Below the pieces are notes generated by a model, which was not told where the DNA came from, did no database searches, and saw only the letters and a program-made list of their open reading frames with translations. DNA of 16,216 nt, taken from a virus. Taxonomy: Duplodnaviria > Heunggongvirae > Uroviricota > Caudoviricetes. A program made the translations under genes and the position numbers. Shown here piece after piece: positions 1-7,484 of the stretch; position 1 is the stretch's first letter; the number at the start of each line of letters is the position of its first letter. The stretch is from positions 1-16,216 of IMG/VR virus record IMGVR_UViG_2778261420_000018; one strand, written 5' to 3'.

Positions 1-99
1 AGTATTCTGCGCAATTTCCCCGACGGTCGCCGGTTCGGTGACGCTTAATTCATTAAACACCACTCTGGCGGTTTCAGTCATATCCTGCTGTTTTAGCAT
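1..99 (-). CDS. Partial CDS (N-terminus only, continues past window start); hypothetical protein, N-term MLKQQDMTETARVVFNELSVTEPATVGEIAQNT
   Basis: ATG at 99..97 (minus) preceded by a purine-rich AAAGGGAAAAGG stretch; frame open for 33 codons to the window edge. Too short to classify. Confidence 0.3.
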   Translation of the reverse strand, partial: MLKQQDMTETARVVFNELSVTEPATVGEIAQNT

Positions 100-214
100 G
101 CCTTTTCCCTTTTCTGGTTAACGTGACATACCAATAACTCTTGTCGAAAAAGCCAGCAAGCTGAAAGACCGATATTAATAACTACCAGCGCGTTTAATGT
201 ACCGCACTTCGGGC

Positions 215-242
215 ATCAAAAAACCCGCTCAATGGCGGGTTT
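215..242 (-). terminator. Rho-independent terminator closing the 262..1059 gene
   Basis: Perfect 8-bp stem aaacccgc/gcgggttt (221-228 / 235-242) with 6-nt loop tcaatg; on the minus strand the hairpin is followed by TTTTTTG. It lies about 20 nt after the stop codon at 262-264. Confidence 0.6.
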
Positions 243-261
243 AATTAATGAGGTAATAACC

Positions 262-1059
262 TTAACTTGTTTGATTCTGTACTTCAGTGGCCTTCTTCCC
301 TTCAATACCTGCCTTGAAAGTCTCGAATGTTTCAACATTAAACAGCGAAAAAGATTCGATCTGATCGAAGGGCAACACATGCCTAAACTGATAAACTGAC
401 AATGGCTCAGAAGTTAATGTGATACCCTGACTAAGGTAGTAGTCCACATAATTATGCTCAACACAAAAAGTCAGAGTATCTTTATCTCTGTACCCGGACA
501 TAAAAGGGATTAGCACCAATGTGTTAGTATCTAACTGATTGAAACGTGCCTCATCAATCATCCCCACATAGACCTTGCGAGACTTCAGTGTAACCAACAA
601 TAACAATCCACGCTCAACTGATTCAAGAAGGATATTTTCCACGGCACTATGAGCCGCAATTTCTTCAAAAATAGCCTTGCGCTTTTGTGGGTCTTTATGG
701 TTTTTGGTTGCCTCTGATGCCTTCCCGATACTTACAATAATAGTGAAAGCTATCGACATAGCAGAGAACATGCTCAACCCAAACACTCGCATTTTGAGAA
801 AGTCATGGGCGAAAGTAAAGGGAGCGTACCAACCAAACAAGTACGCTGGAATGTTCCAAAGTGACATTCCAGCGTACAGAACAACAACCAATAAGGCAGC
901 GATAAGAATACCACTTATGAGAAACTCACCACCTTTCAGTGCAACATCAAAGTATGCATTCCAACCGATCGCTTTGCTTTGACGGTATCGTGACGGCAAA
1001 TGGCAGTTGGTATAGTGATAACCACAAACTAAAACAATAACAATCAGCGCAGCCCACAT
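262..1059 (-). CDS. Hypothetical inner-membrane protein, 265 aa: N-terminal ~115 aa with 3-4 hydrophobic helices, C-terminal ~150 aa soluble domain of unknown function
   Basis: Long ORF; hydrophobic segments (WAALIVIVLVCGY, FLISGILIAALLVVVLYAGMSLW, VFGLSMFSAMSIAFTIIVSIG) then a charged linker (KNHKDPQKRK) and a soluble domain. The upstream gene stop is 6 nt away (coupled). AT-rich (about 35-37% G+C on hand-counted lines) versus about 50-55% in the replication genes. No family recognised. Confidence 0.7.
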   Translation of the reverse strand: MWAALIVIVLVCGYHYTNCHLPSRYRQSKAIGWNAYFDVALKGGEFLISGILIAALLVVVLYAGMSLWNIPAYLFGWYAPFTFAHDFLKMRVFGLSMFSAMSIAFTIIVSIGKASEATKNHKDPQKRKAIFEEIAAHSAVENILLESVERGLLLLVTLKSRKVYVGMIDEARFNQLDTNTLVLIPFMSGYRDKDTLTFCVEHNYVDYYLSQGITLTSEPLSVYQFRHVLPFDQIESFSLFNVETFETFKAGIEGKKATEVQNQTS

Positions 1060-1065
1060 AGAAGA

Positions 1066-1293
1066 CTAACCCTTCTTCTTAGTACTCAATCCCTTAATAT
1101 TGGCTGCGAAAGCCTTTTGCACATCAGCGTTGTTGCGATTCAAAACCATCGAACCATTACTATCAATGAAAAACTTGTCACTTTCATGCTTAGCTTCTTT
1201 TCCATCACACATGGAAGCTATATCTGCAATTTTTTTGATGATCTTCTCAGGTGAGAGGATCGCGCGAGCGGCAAGTGTTAGATATTTCGGCAT
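1066..1293 (-). CDS. Hypothetical small protein, 75 aa (MPKYLTLAARAILSPEKIIKKIADIASMCDGKEAKHESDKFFIDSNGSMVLNRNNADVQKAFAANIKGLSTKKKG); first gene of a two-gene cassette
   Basis: Internal ATG at 1293..1291 is preceded by a strong SD (GGAGGGGAG, 5 nt spacing). The longer ORF to 1350 would add a hydrophobic N-terminus (MCAYFVCVLFVFYLL...) but its ATG lacks a properly spaced SD, so the start is ambiguous. Confidence 0.55.
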   Translation of the reverse strand: MPKYLTLAARAILSPEKIIKKIADIASMCDGKEAKHESDKFFIDSNGSMVLNRNNADVQKAFAANIKGLSTKKKG

Positions 1294-1471
1294 GCTCCCC
1301 TCCGTTAACAGATAAAAAACAAAAAGCACACAAACAAAGTATGCGCACATCCTAACCTATGTGGCTAACAACCACTTTCTTTTATAAGATGAGTGTATTA
1401 CCTAAAGGGTAACTCGGCAATAGCAGAATAGTTTTAGCAAGGTAAAACCGATGGTCTTTCGCTCAACTTAC

Positions 1472-1500
1472 GACAAAAGATAGCCCGCTCAGCAGCAGGC
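1472..1500 (-). terminator. Candidate tR'-like intrinsic terminator downstream of the Q-like gene
   Basis: On the minus strand GCCTGC-TGCTGA-GCGGGC (6-bp stem including one G-U pair, 6-nt loop) is followed by UAUCUUUUGU. Position matches lambda PR'/tR' logic. Weak stem, hence low confidence. Confidence 0.3.
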
Positions 1501-1553
1501 TTTGTTTAGTTTGCCATCGTGTACAAAATCAGCAAAATATCAGATTTACACGA

Positions 1554-1582
1554 AATATACGCGATTTAATTGACTTTTGCAA
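1554..1582 (-). promoter_or_regulatory. Candidate late promoter (PR'-like), minus strand: TTGCAA - 17 bp - TATATT
   Basis: -35 TTGCAA at 1582..1577 and -10 TATATT at 1559..1554 with a 17-bp spacer, overlapping the 3' end of the Q-like gene and about 50 nt upstream of the candidate terminator. Analogous to lambda PR' -> 6S RNA -> tR'. Confidence 0.35.
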
Positions 1583-2261
1583 TAACCCGCCGCGAAAAGG
1601 TCGCTTTTTGTTGCGATCTTGTTTTCATGGTATAAATCAAAGATTCGTTGTCGAGGTTCTTAAAAATGTCGCACATATCACGCCAGTAGTGCGCATAATT
1701 GTGGCTCCAGTTGTCTGACTTAACTCCACACAGTCTGGCAAGTTCCTGTCGCTGGTAGACGTCACACCCAGTAATCCTCCCCCTGACATCCTGCGCCGCC
1801 AGCCAGATTAATTTCTTCAGACGCTCAAGCGTTTTCCCTGTAATTTTTCTGGTGCCAAAATGCACCTGAAACTTATCCCACGCCCATTTCGCAATGACCA
1901 CCTGATAATCCCAACTCGGATTTTCACTGTATACCCACAGTACCCATGCCTTCTGATGCTCTTCAAGAGACAGAACGGCGCGTCGCCATGATGATGTCGA
2001 AAACTCAACCGGACTGACCAGGGCAATTGATGAACCTTTCGCCAGCGATTGCTTTCCCGGGATCGGTGGATTATCCAGCGTTACCATTTTTCCAGTGACC
2101 TTATCGCGGTACCGGATTTTTTTACGTCTGTAACGCCCTGTATCAAACATGGCATTCTCCTGCCAGGCTTCAAGCTGACCTTTTGTTGCCCCACTCAAAT
2201 CGGCGGTGGCGATAATGAGCTGCTCACGAACAAACTGTAAATACTGGTTATTCATGCGCAC
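1566..2261 (-). CDS. Putative late-gene antiterminator, Q-like (about 229 aa)
   Basis: Sits immediately downstream of rusA at the end of the early-right operon, the canonical Q slot. A likely ATG start at 2255..2253 overlaps the rusA stop as ATGA; the ORF-track start at 2261 is GTG. Candidate PR'/tR' follow it. My recollection is that Q-like antiterminators of cryptic E. coli lambdoid prophages are of this size and type; not verified. Confidence 0.5.
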   Translation of the reverse strand: MRMNNQYLQFVREQLIIATADLSGATKGQLEAWQENAMFDTGRYRRKKIRYRDKVTGKMVTLDNPPIPGKQSLAKGSSIALVSPVEFSTSSWRRAVLSLEEHQKAWVLWVYSENPSWDYQVVIAKWAWDKFQVHFGTRKITGKTLERLKKLIWLAAQDVRGRITGCDVYQRQELARLCGVKSDNWSHNYAHYWRDMCDIFKNLDNESLIYTMKTRSQQKATFSRRVIAKVN

Positions 2262-2611
2262 TCCAGCTCTGTGATTTTTATCCCCAACCGACCACCAGGA
2301 ACAGGCAGTCCGCGCACAATATTGATTTCATCAAACTGCTCGTCGTCGATAAGCAACCCCGCATGTGTCAGTGCATCCAGTGGTGCTTTCAGAATATTGT
2401 CCAGGTCACGACGGCGCTTATCCGGTGGCTCTGCAATCACCTTTATCGCCAGCCGTCCGGACAGGTTTAATTTCAGCCGCTGCTCGCGAACAATTAGCGC
2501 CACATCCCGGCGATAACGCTCACCGGCTTTTGATACAAAATATGTGTTGTCACGACGTCGCCAGTAGGTGTTCACCGTTGGCGGATAAGGCAAAACAAAC
2601 TCTATACGCAT
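2252..2611 (-). CDS. rusA: Crossover junction endodeoxyribonuclease RusA (Holliday junction resolvase), 119 aa
   Basis: Clear similarity to E. coli RusA as I recall it: N-terminal LPYPPTVNTYW (RusA: LPWPPSNNRYY), the catalytic-region motif RRRDLDN, then K..DALT.AG...DD and GGRL..ITE. SD GAGG precedes the ATG. Confidence 0.9.
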   Translation of the reverse strand: MRIEFVLPYPPTVNTYWRRRDNTYFVSKAGERYRRDVALIVREQRLKLNLSGRLAIKVIAEPPDKRRRDLDNILKAPLDALTHAGLLIDDEQFDEINIVRGLPVPGGRLGIKITELECA

Positions 2612-2623
2612 CAGTAACCTCTT

Positions 2624-3619
2624 TTACCCAAGCACGCCGGTTGCAAAGGCGTGATCAAGAAAATGAAAAATTAAATCAACCTGGGAACCATGCTTTTCTT
2701 CGAATACCAGCGGATCCGCATGAAGCTCGTTGTGATGCTCCCGACACAGCGGTAGTGTGAAAATATCGTGGGATTTTGTTCCCATTCCACCCTGACCGTG
2801 GCCTATCAGATGGTGGGGATCATCAGCAGGCTTTCCACAACATGCACACGGCTGTGTCTTAACCCAGCGCGTGTACTTTTCATTAACCCAGCGGCGACGT
2901 TTTGGGCGTAACATAAAAGACTCCGGCGACTCTGGATCCACTTTCAGCGCCAGCACCTTTTTCGCTTTATCCTGGATAATGCTGGTGGCAGGAACCGAAG
3001 GAACAAGGTCACTCTCCCGGGTGACAGACGGCACAACAGGCTTCGGTAATCTCAGTGCCTTACGGGCTGCACTTTCCGGTAAGGCATCAGCCAGGTCATT
3101 ACGAGCCAGCCACCAGCACAGTTCCGGCATTGTCACAACGTGACTGTCATCAAAACCGAGATCCCGACGCACAACAGACAACGCCCAGCGGGCACAGTTA
3201 TCCGTTGCCATTGATTCCAGCCGTTCCGTGAACTGATCGCGCAGCTGGTTATCGCAGTGCCAGCACAGACGGATTGCGCCCGGAGCGTGTCGCATTGTGG
3301 TCATGTTCTCGCTGTGCCAGTTGGAATGAGGCCACTGACAGCCCTTTTCACGAAGTAACCAGCTTTCAAGACATTCCACGCCACCAGCACGACGGATCAC
3401 TGCCTCATTGCGGAACACGGCCCGAACGGCAGGATCATCCGCCAGCGGTTGTGATGCCGCCGGAACGGCACCACTGGCAAAAGATGAATAACGTTCCGGC
3501 TCAGGCTCCAGCAGGACACGCCCCTGCATAAACAGGGGCATCAGCTCTGAACCGGGCCTGAACAATACGATCCCCATACGCGGGGCAATTTCAGGGGTCA
3601 GTAGTGCTCTCACGGTCAC
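2624..3619 (-). CDS. DUF968-like prophage protein with C-terminal Cys/His (HNH-like) motif, 331 aa
   Basis: C-terminus CACCGKPADDPHHLIGHGQGGMGTKSHDIFTLPLCREHHNELH is a Cys/His-rich putative metal-binding motif, which I recall as typical of a conserved lambdoid family found between the replication genes and rusA/Q. GTG start at 3619; exact start uncertain. Confidence 0.65.
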   Translation of the reverse strand: MTVRALLTPEIAPRMGIVLFRPGSELMPLFMQGRVLLEPEPERYSSFASGAVPAASQPLADDPAVRAVFRNEAVIRRAGGVECLESWLLREKGCQWPHSNWHSENMTTMRHAPGAIRLCWHCDNQLRDQFTERLESMATDNCARWALSVVRRDLGFDDSHVVTMPELCWWLARNDLADALPESAARKALRLPKPVVPSVTRESDLVPSVPATSIIQDKAKKVLALKVDPESPESFMLRPKRRRWVNEKYTRWVKTQPCACCGKPADDPHHLIGHGQGGMGTKSHDIFTLPLCREHHNELHADPLVFEEKHGSQVDLIFHFLDHAFATGVLG

Positions 3620-3664
3620 CTCAGCGAACGGTATTGCATGAACGCAGAAGAAAAAATTCAGCCA

Positions 3665-3922
3665 TCACGCAGTAAACTCCTTCACCAGTATTTCAAACTG
3701 GCTTACCTGGCCTTCCAGTTCCGCCACGCAATCCACCAGCTCATCCACCGCCTTTTGTGTGCGGTGTTTTGCCAGCAGCAGATCACGCAGCGCCGGAGTA
3801 AGCTGCTTGCGGAGCGTATCCTTTGCCACGCTCGTTTTTTCCATCTGTTCAGCACAACGAAGCATCTCCTGCGCCTGCCGACGAAGTTGTTCCGGTGAAA
3901 CAGTGGTTGTTCTGTTATTCAA
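3665..3922 (-). CDS. Hypothetical small protein (85 aa), predicted helical/coiled-coil
   Basis: ORF in the operon; TTG start overlaps the DnaB-like stop (TTGA); GGAG lies about 10 nt upstream. An internal ATG (MLRCAEQ...) is an alternative start. Confidence 0.5.
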   Translation of the reverse strand: MNNRTTTVSPEQLRRQAQEMLRCAEQMEKTSVAKDTLRKQLTPALRDLLLAKHRTQKAVDELVDCVAELEGQVSQFEILVKEFTA

Positions 3923-5310
3923 AATAAACGCTCCGTTTTACTGCCCGACATGCGGTTATTGCTGTATCTGCGCGGATTGCCCGGCGTCATGGGTGTGGAA
4001 AGAACCCGGGCACTCTCCTGGTCCACTGGCAGAAAATGTCCGTTATGAAAACGCCGGTAAATGGTCCCGAGCGTGCCATTACGCTGTTTCGTGATGTTGA
4101 TTTCTGCTATGCCTCCGGCCTGCGTTTCCGGGTTGTATACCTCATCCCTGTAAAGCATCAGAATGATGTCGGCATCCGCCTCGATTTCCCCGGAGTTTTT
4201 CAGGTCCGAGTTCATGGGGCGTTTATTGGGTCTGGATTCCACGCCGCGGGAGAGCTGGCTCAGAGCAATCAGCGGAAAACCGCCGGATTTTGCCAGGCTT
4301 TTAAGTCCCTTTGAGATTTCCCCCACCGCAAGGTCGTGACGCCCCGTGCTGCGGGTTTTAATCAGGCCGAGGTAATCGACCACCACCAGCGCCGTTTCCG
4401 GGTGTTTCATCCAGTGGTGCTTCGTGGTTGCACATATCTCATCAATGGTCAGGTTTGCCTGGTCCACCATCCAGATATTACGCCCCGTCATTCGTCCCAC
4501 ACCCTGTGAGAAGCGTGCCCAGTCTTCGTCTTCAAAACGGGCAACAGACTTAAGACGGGATACCGGCATTCCACCGGCAGCAGACACCATACGTTCACCA
4601 ATCTGGATGTTCGCCATCTCCATGGTGAACAGAAGCACGCCATGCCCCTGCTCAGTCACCTTGTCGATGATGTCCAGCGCCAGTTCGGTTTTGCCCATTG
4701 ACGGACGAGCCGCAATAAATACCAGGTCGCCGGGCTCCATGCCGCCTGTTTTTGCGTCCAGTTCATCAATACCGGTCATCAGCATTCTGGATTTCTCCAG
4801 TCCCTGATTCCGGCATTCAACACGGTCGACCACTTCCGGAAGTACATCATCAATGTGAACAGGCTGAATGACGCCCTTTTCCATCGACAATGAGGCCATC
4901 ATGTTTTGAGCATCCTTCAGAGCATCTTCAGCTGCTTCACAGGTATGCGCATCACGTAATTTCTGCAGCGCCTCATTCAGTGTTTTTTCTGCATCACGCA
5001 ATGCGGCATTGCGCCGCAGCGCTGCAACATAGTGCTCCAGTGACGACTTCACCCAGGTTTTGCGCCCGGTATCAGTAATCACCGGGGCAAGTTCCGGCAT
5101 ATCATTGCACAGCAGCACAGGATCAATCGCACCTGAAACACGGGCCTGTCTGCAGATGCCTGTGTAGATATCCCGATACGCTCGTACAGAAAAAACGTCC
5201 GCCGGTAGTGTGGCCAGAATATCCATCACTTCATGATCTGCCCCTCGCAGAAAAAACGCGCCAATGACAGCGCCTTCCAGGTCATCGTTACGCCAGACAG
5301 GAGAAGTCAT
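3919..5310 (-). CDS. Replicative DNA helicase, DnaB-like (phage-encoded), 463 aa
   Basis: Walker A AARPSMGKTELAL; other conserved DnaB-type C-terminal segments (VVVDYLGLI, SQLSRGVESRPNKRPMNSDLKNSGEIEADADIILMLYRDEVY); SD GAGGTG; start overlaps the DnaC-like stop. Confidence 0.9.
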   Translation of the reverse strand: MTSPVWRNDDLEGAVIGAFFLRGADHEVMDILATLPADVFSVRAYRDIYTGICRQARVSGAIDPVLLCNDMPELAPVITDTGRKTWVKSSLEHYVAALRRNAALRDAEKTLNEALQKLRDAHTCEAAEDALKDAQNMMASLSMEKGVIQPVHIDDVLPEVVDRVECRNQGLEKSRMLMTGIDELDAKTGGMEPGDLVFIAARPSMGKTELALDIIDKVTEQGHGVLLFTMEMANIQIGERMVSAAGGMPVSRLKSVARFEDEDWARFSQGVGRMTGRNIWMVDQANLTIDEICATTKHHWMKHPETALVVVDYLGLIKTRSTGRHDLAVGEISKGLKSLAKSGGFPLIALSQLSRGVESRPNKRPMNSDLKNSGEIEADADIILMLYRDEVYNPETQAGGIAEINITKQRNGTLGTIYRRFHNGHFLPVDQESARVLSTPMTPGNPRRYSNNRMSGSKTERLF

Positions 5311-6194
5311 GCAGCCACACCTCTGATACGAGAACGATAGCTGGGCCAGTTAAACGACAACCAGTTGCGTCCCCCGTCTGTGATCCTGTCGGCAATGCGG
5401 GGGCTGATGAATGCCCACAACTCTTCCGGTGAAAGGTTGCTGATCAGGATGGTGGGCAGGATGCTTTCGTACCGGGCATTGATAATTTCCTGCAAAATAG
5501 CCATTTCAGCCGCGCTGCCAAACTGAACGCCGACTTCGTCGATGATCAGCAAATCCATTGACGCATAATGCTCAATAACTTCATCCGCTGTTTTTTCGCT
5601 GTCATTTCGCCAGCAGTTTTTCACAGCACGGGTAAGGCGCATCACATCAGTAATCTCCACACTAGCCAGATGGTTACGGATGATGTGTTTTGCCATAGCC
5701 ACAGCCAGATGATTTTTTCCAGTACCACAACTGCCTGTCAGAACAAGACTGGTACCGTTAGCCAGAACATCCTCCCAGCTCTCCGCATAGCGGCGGCAGG
5801 CAGCAAGATTTCTGGCTGCATCAGAGTTAATCTCCTGATAGTTTTCAAACTCACAGTCGCGAAACCTACAGGCAACACCAGCATTCTCAATCAGCACATC
5901 AGCTTTCATTGCAACCAGAGTCCGATGTGTCACATCCATTTCATCCACCAGACACTCCGGACAGCGGGAAATTTTTGAGGCAGCGCCCCCCTGCCGATCA
6001 TCCCACACCAGTATATGCGTACGATATTTACCGTGTTTTTCGCAGCATCCAACCCCTTCAGATTCCCGACAGGCACGGTAAGGCCATGGCTTTTCGCCAT
6101 TCTGAGCAAATGCAATCTCTGCCCGTAACTCATCCATTCGCGCCTGTAGTCTTGTTTGTTTCTCACGTTGGTCAATCGTCATCATCGCTGTCAC
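5307..6194 (-). CDS. Helicase loader, DnaC/IstB-like AAA+ ATPase, 295 aa
   Basis: Walker A GSCGTGKNHLAVAMA and Walker B LLIIDEVG; N-terminal Cys cluster (CCEKHGKY...CPEC). Sits between the O-like and DnaB-like genes. Confidence 0.85.
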   Translation of the reverse strand: MTAMMTIDQREKQTRLQARMDELRAEIAFAQNGEKPWPYRACRESEGVGCCEKHGKYRTHILVWDDRQGGAASKISRCPECLVDEMDVTHRTLVAMKADVLIENAGVACRFRDCEFENYQEINSDAARNLAACRRYAESWEDVLANGTSLVLTGSCGTGKNHLAVAMAKHIIRNHLASVEITDVMRLTRAVKNCWRNDSEKTADEVIEHYASMDLLIIDEVGVQFGSAAEMAILQEIINARYESILPTILISNLSPEELWAFISPRIADRITDGGRNWLSFNWPSYRSRIRGVAA

Positions 6195-6195
6195 C

Positions 6196-7188
6196 TCAGA
6201 ATGTCAATTTGTTACTGGATTTACCGAATTTGTCAGACATGGCTCCCAGGCCAGCCAGGACATCGACCTGTCGCTGTCGCCCACCTCCGTGAGCGGCTGG
6301 CTGTTGCCAGTAATCTTCGAAGTGACGATCGGGTCCAAAGAACGTCGCAGCCTGCTTCACGAACTGTGTGCCGGTATTTCCTGTAGCACGTACCCAGGCG
6401 GCATACCGCTTCACGCCATCAAGCATGGTCTCCGGTTTTATTCCCTCCCTGATACGGGCTTTCCAGGCTTTGAAGGCTGCTGACTTGGAATTGCCACCAG
6501 CACGTTTGGGATATTCCTGCCAGGCCTGTTCAAATTCCGGTGAATATTCCTGTCGGGCAGAACGCGCTGGCGCAGACGCGTCAGCGGATGCATCAATAGT
6601 GTTTTTAGTCTCCGTTGTAATCTCTGTAGTAATCTCTGTATTTGTATCAACATTCGGCGTATCCCCTGTTCCGTTATGACGTCGGGGGGTGTTCCGTTTT
6701 AACGTAATAGCTGTATCGCTGATTGCATTATTGCTGTTACTTTCTGGCGAAACAGAAGAAGGTGTGGTGATGGCCGCAATTGCCTGTGGGTTGATCCCGA
6801 CAAACAAAATATTGCTGCATTTCACCCCATCGAGCATTTCCACCGTGCGTAAATCCAGAGTAATAAACCCTGCATCGCGCAGACGCTTCAGCGCATCTGC
6901 GGTTTCCCTTTTCCCGAAACCAAACTGCTCAGCAAACGCCTGGTAGCTTCTTTGCAGTTTGTCGCCCTGAAAACGCTTGCGATATCCCAGCAACGCTCCG
7001 GTGTGCTCATCCCTGACCTCTGTCGGGCGGTACCAGTAAACGATCTCTGAAAGCAGAGCGATAGCCGTCGCATCCGGACGCCCACTGGGTAGTCGAATAT
7101 ATTTCCACCAGTTCGCAGGTGTAACATTGCCGGAAATATTAATTTGACCAATAGCCATAACTTCCGGTGTGGGGGCGTAACGGCTCAT
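6196..7188 (-). CDS. Replication initiation / replisome organiser protein (lambda O-like N-terminal region, TEITTEITTE linker, C-terminal DnaT-like domain), 330 aa
   Basis: Strong SD AAGGAGG; start overlaps the upstream gene stop; central low-complexity linker encoded by tandem DNA repeats; C-terminal EFEQAWQEYPKR...KAWKARI resembles the DnaT/primosome C-terminal domain often fused to phage replication initiators. Confidence 0.75.
   Translation of the reverse strand: MSRYAPTPEVMAIGQINISGNVTPANWWKYIRLPSGRPDATAIALLSEIVYWYRPTEVRDEHTGALLGYRKRFQGDKLQRSYQAFAEQFGFGKRETADALKRLRDAGFITLDLRTVEMLDGVKCSNILFVGINPQAIAAITTPSSVSPESNSNNAISDTAITLKRNTPRRHNGTGDTPNVDTNTEITTEITTETKNTIDASADASAPARSARQEYSPEFEQAWQEYPKRAGGNSKSAAFKAWKARIREGIKPETMLDGVKRYAAWVRATGNTGTQFVKQAATFFGPDRHFEDYWQQPAAHGGGRQRQVDVLAGLGAMSDKFGKSSNKLTF
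6611..6698. repeat. Iteron-like direct repeats inside the O-like gene (candidate replication origin)
   Basis: Perfect tandem 12-mer GTAATCTCTGTA x2 (6617-6640) followed by a partial copy; GTTCCGTT repeated at 6668-6675 and 6691-6698; TCCGTTGTA at 6611. In lambda the ori iterons lie inside O in the inter-domain linker. Confidence 0.35.
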
Positions 7189-7484
7189 ACAACCTCCTTC
7201 CGCGGCATGAGAATTGTGTAGCCACGCGCAGGTTGTAGTCTGGCTTTTGCATCAATAGTAAGCGTTGCAATTTTTCGGATATGAAGATAACCAGCTCTTT
7301 CCAGTGCCAGGGTTTCCCTGAATATCGCTTGCTTAGAACAACAGCAGAAATCAGCAAGCACCTGATGATCAATAACTCTCTCGCCTTCACCGTCTGAAGA
7401 ACCCGACATCAAAACACGCAACATAATCAGGCGCTGAATCGGGTTATCGAAAGCACATCCGCACACAAACTGAAAACAGTTCAC
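7185..7484 (-). CDS. Hypothetical protein (99 aa), possible winged-helix DNA-binding protein
   Basis: ORF coupled on both sides (ATGA overlaps at 7481-7484 and 7185-7188); the segment VIDHQVLADFCCCSKQAIFRETLALERAGYLHI looks like an HTH. Confidence 0.55.
   Translation of the reverse strand: MNCFQFVCGCAFDNPIQRLIMLRVLMSGSSDGEGERVIDHQVLADFCCCSKQAIFRETLALERAGYLHIRKIATLTIDAKARLQPARGYTILMPRKEVV

Noticed and set aside
1-261. Lysis cassette (holin/endolysin/Rz) expected downstream of Q
   Set aside because: Neither the two cassette proteins nor the partial ORF at the window edge resemble holin, lysozyme or spanin. Lysis genes are either beyond the window or lost.
677-982. Plus-strand ORF (101 aa) inside the 262..1059 membrane-protein gene
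   Set aside because: Antisense shadow ORF with no SD; the minus-strand frame has coherent transmembrane-helix structure.
1100-1315. Plus-strand ORF (71 aa) overlapping the 1066..1293 gene
   Set aside because: Antisense shadow ORF; no SD and no operon context.
1294-1565. Possible tRNA gene in the Q-downstream intergenic region (a common tRNA site in stx phages)
   Set aside because: No cloverleaf-compatible sequence, and no GTTCGAATCC-type T-loop or CCA-end context, found by eye.
1817-2760. Overlapping ORFs on both strands (1817..2026 -, 2049..2240 +, 2271..2516 +, 2365..2760 +) within the Q-like, rusA and DUF968 genes
   Set aside because: Alternative-frame or antisense ORFs inside well-supported genes (RusA is recognisable); Arg/Ser/Pro-rich translations typical of out-of-frame reading.
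2871-5078. Plus-strand ORFs (2871..3143, 3274..3531, 3638..3898, 3759..4094, 4036..4314, 4424..4807, 4890..5078) antisense to the DUF968, small-gene and DnaB-like helicase genes
   Set aside because: Shadow ORFs in a GC-rich coding region; the minus-strand genes carry clear motifs (Walker A and others).
6617-6640. Tandem 12-mer repeats as a CRISPR-like or VNTR array
   Set aside because: Only two to three short copies with no spacers; they lie in-frame within the initiator linker and are better explained as iterons or a coding repeat.
5568-7151. ORFs 5568..5978 +, 5909..6292 +, 5930..6175 -, 6156..6386 +, 6289..6483 +, 6368..6679 +, 6438..6653 -, 6689..6946 +, 6888..7151 - overlapping the DnaC-like and O-like genes
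   Set aside because: Out-of-frame or antisense to genes with strong SDs and recognisable domains.
7139-7390. Minus-strand ORF (83 aa) in an alternative frame overlapping 7185..7484
   Set aside because: The competing frame is translationally coupled at both ends (ATGA overlaps); this one is not.
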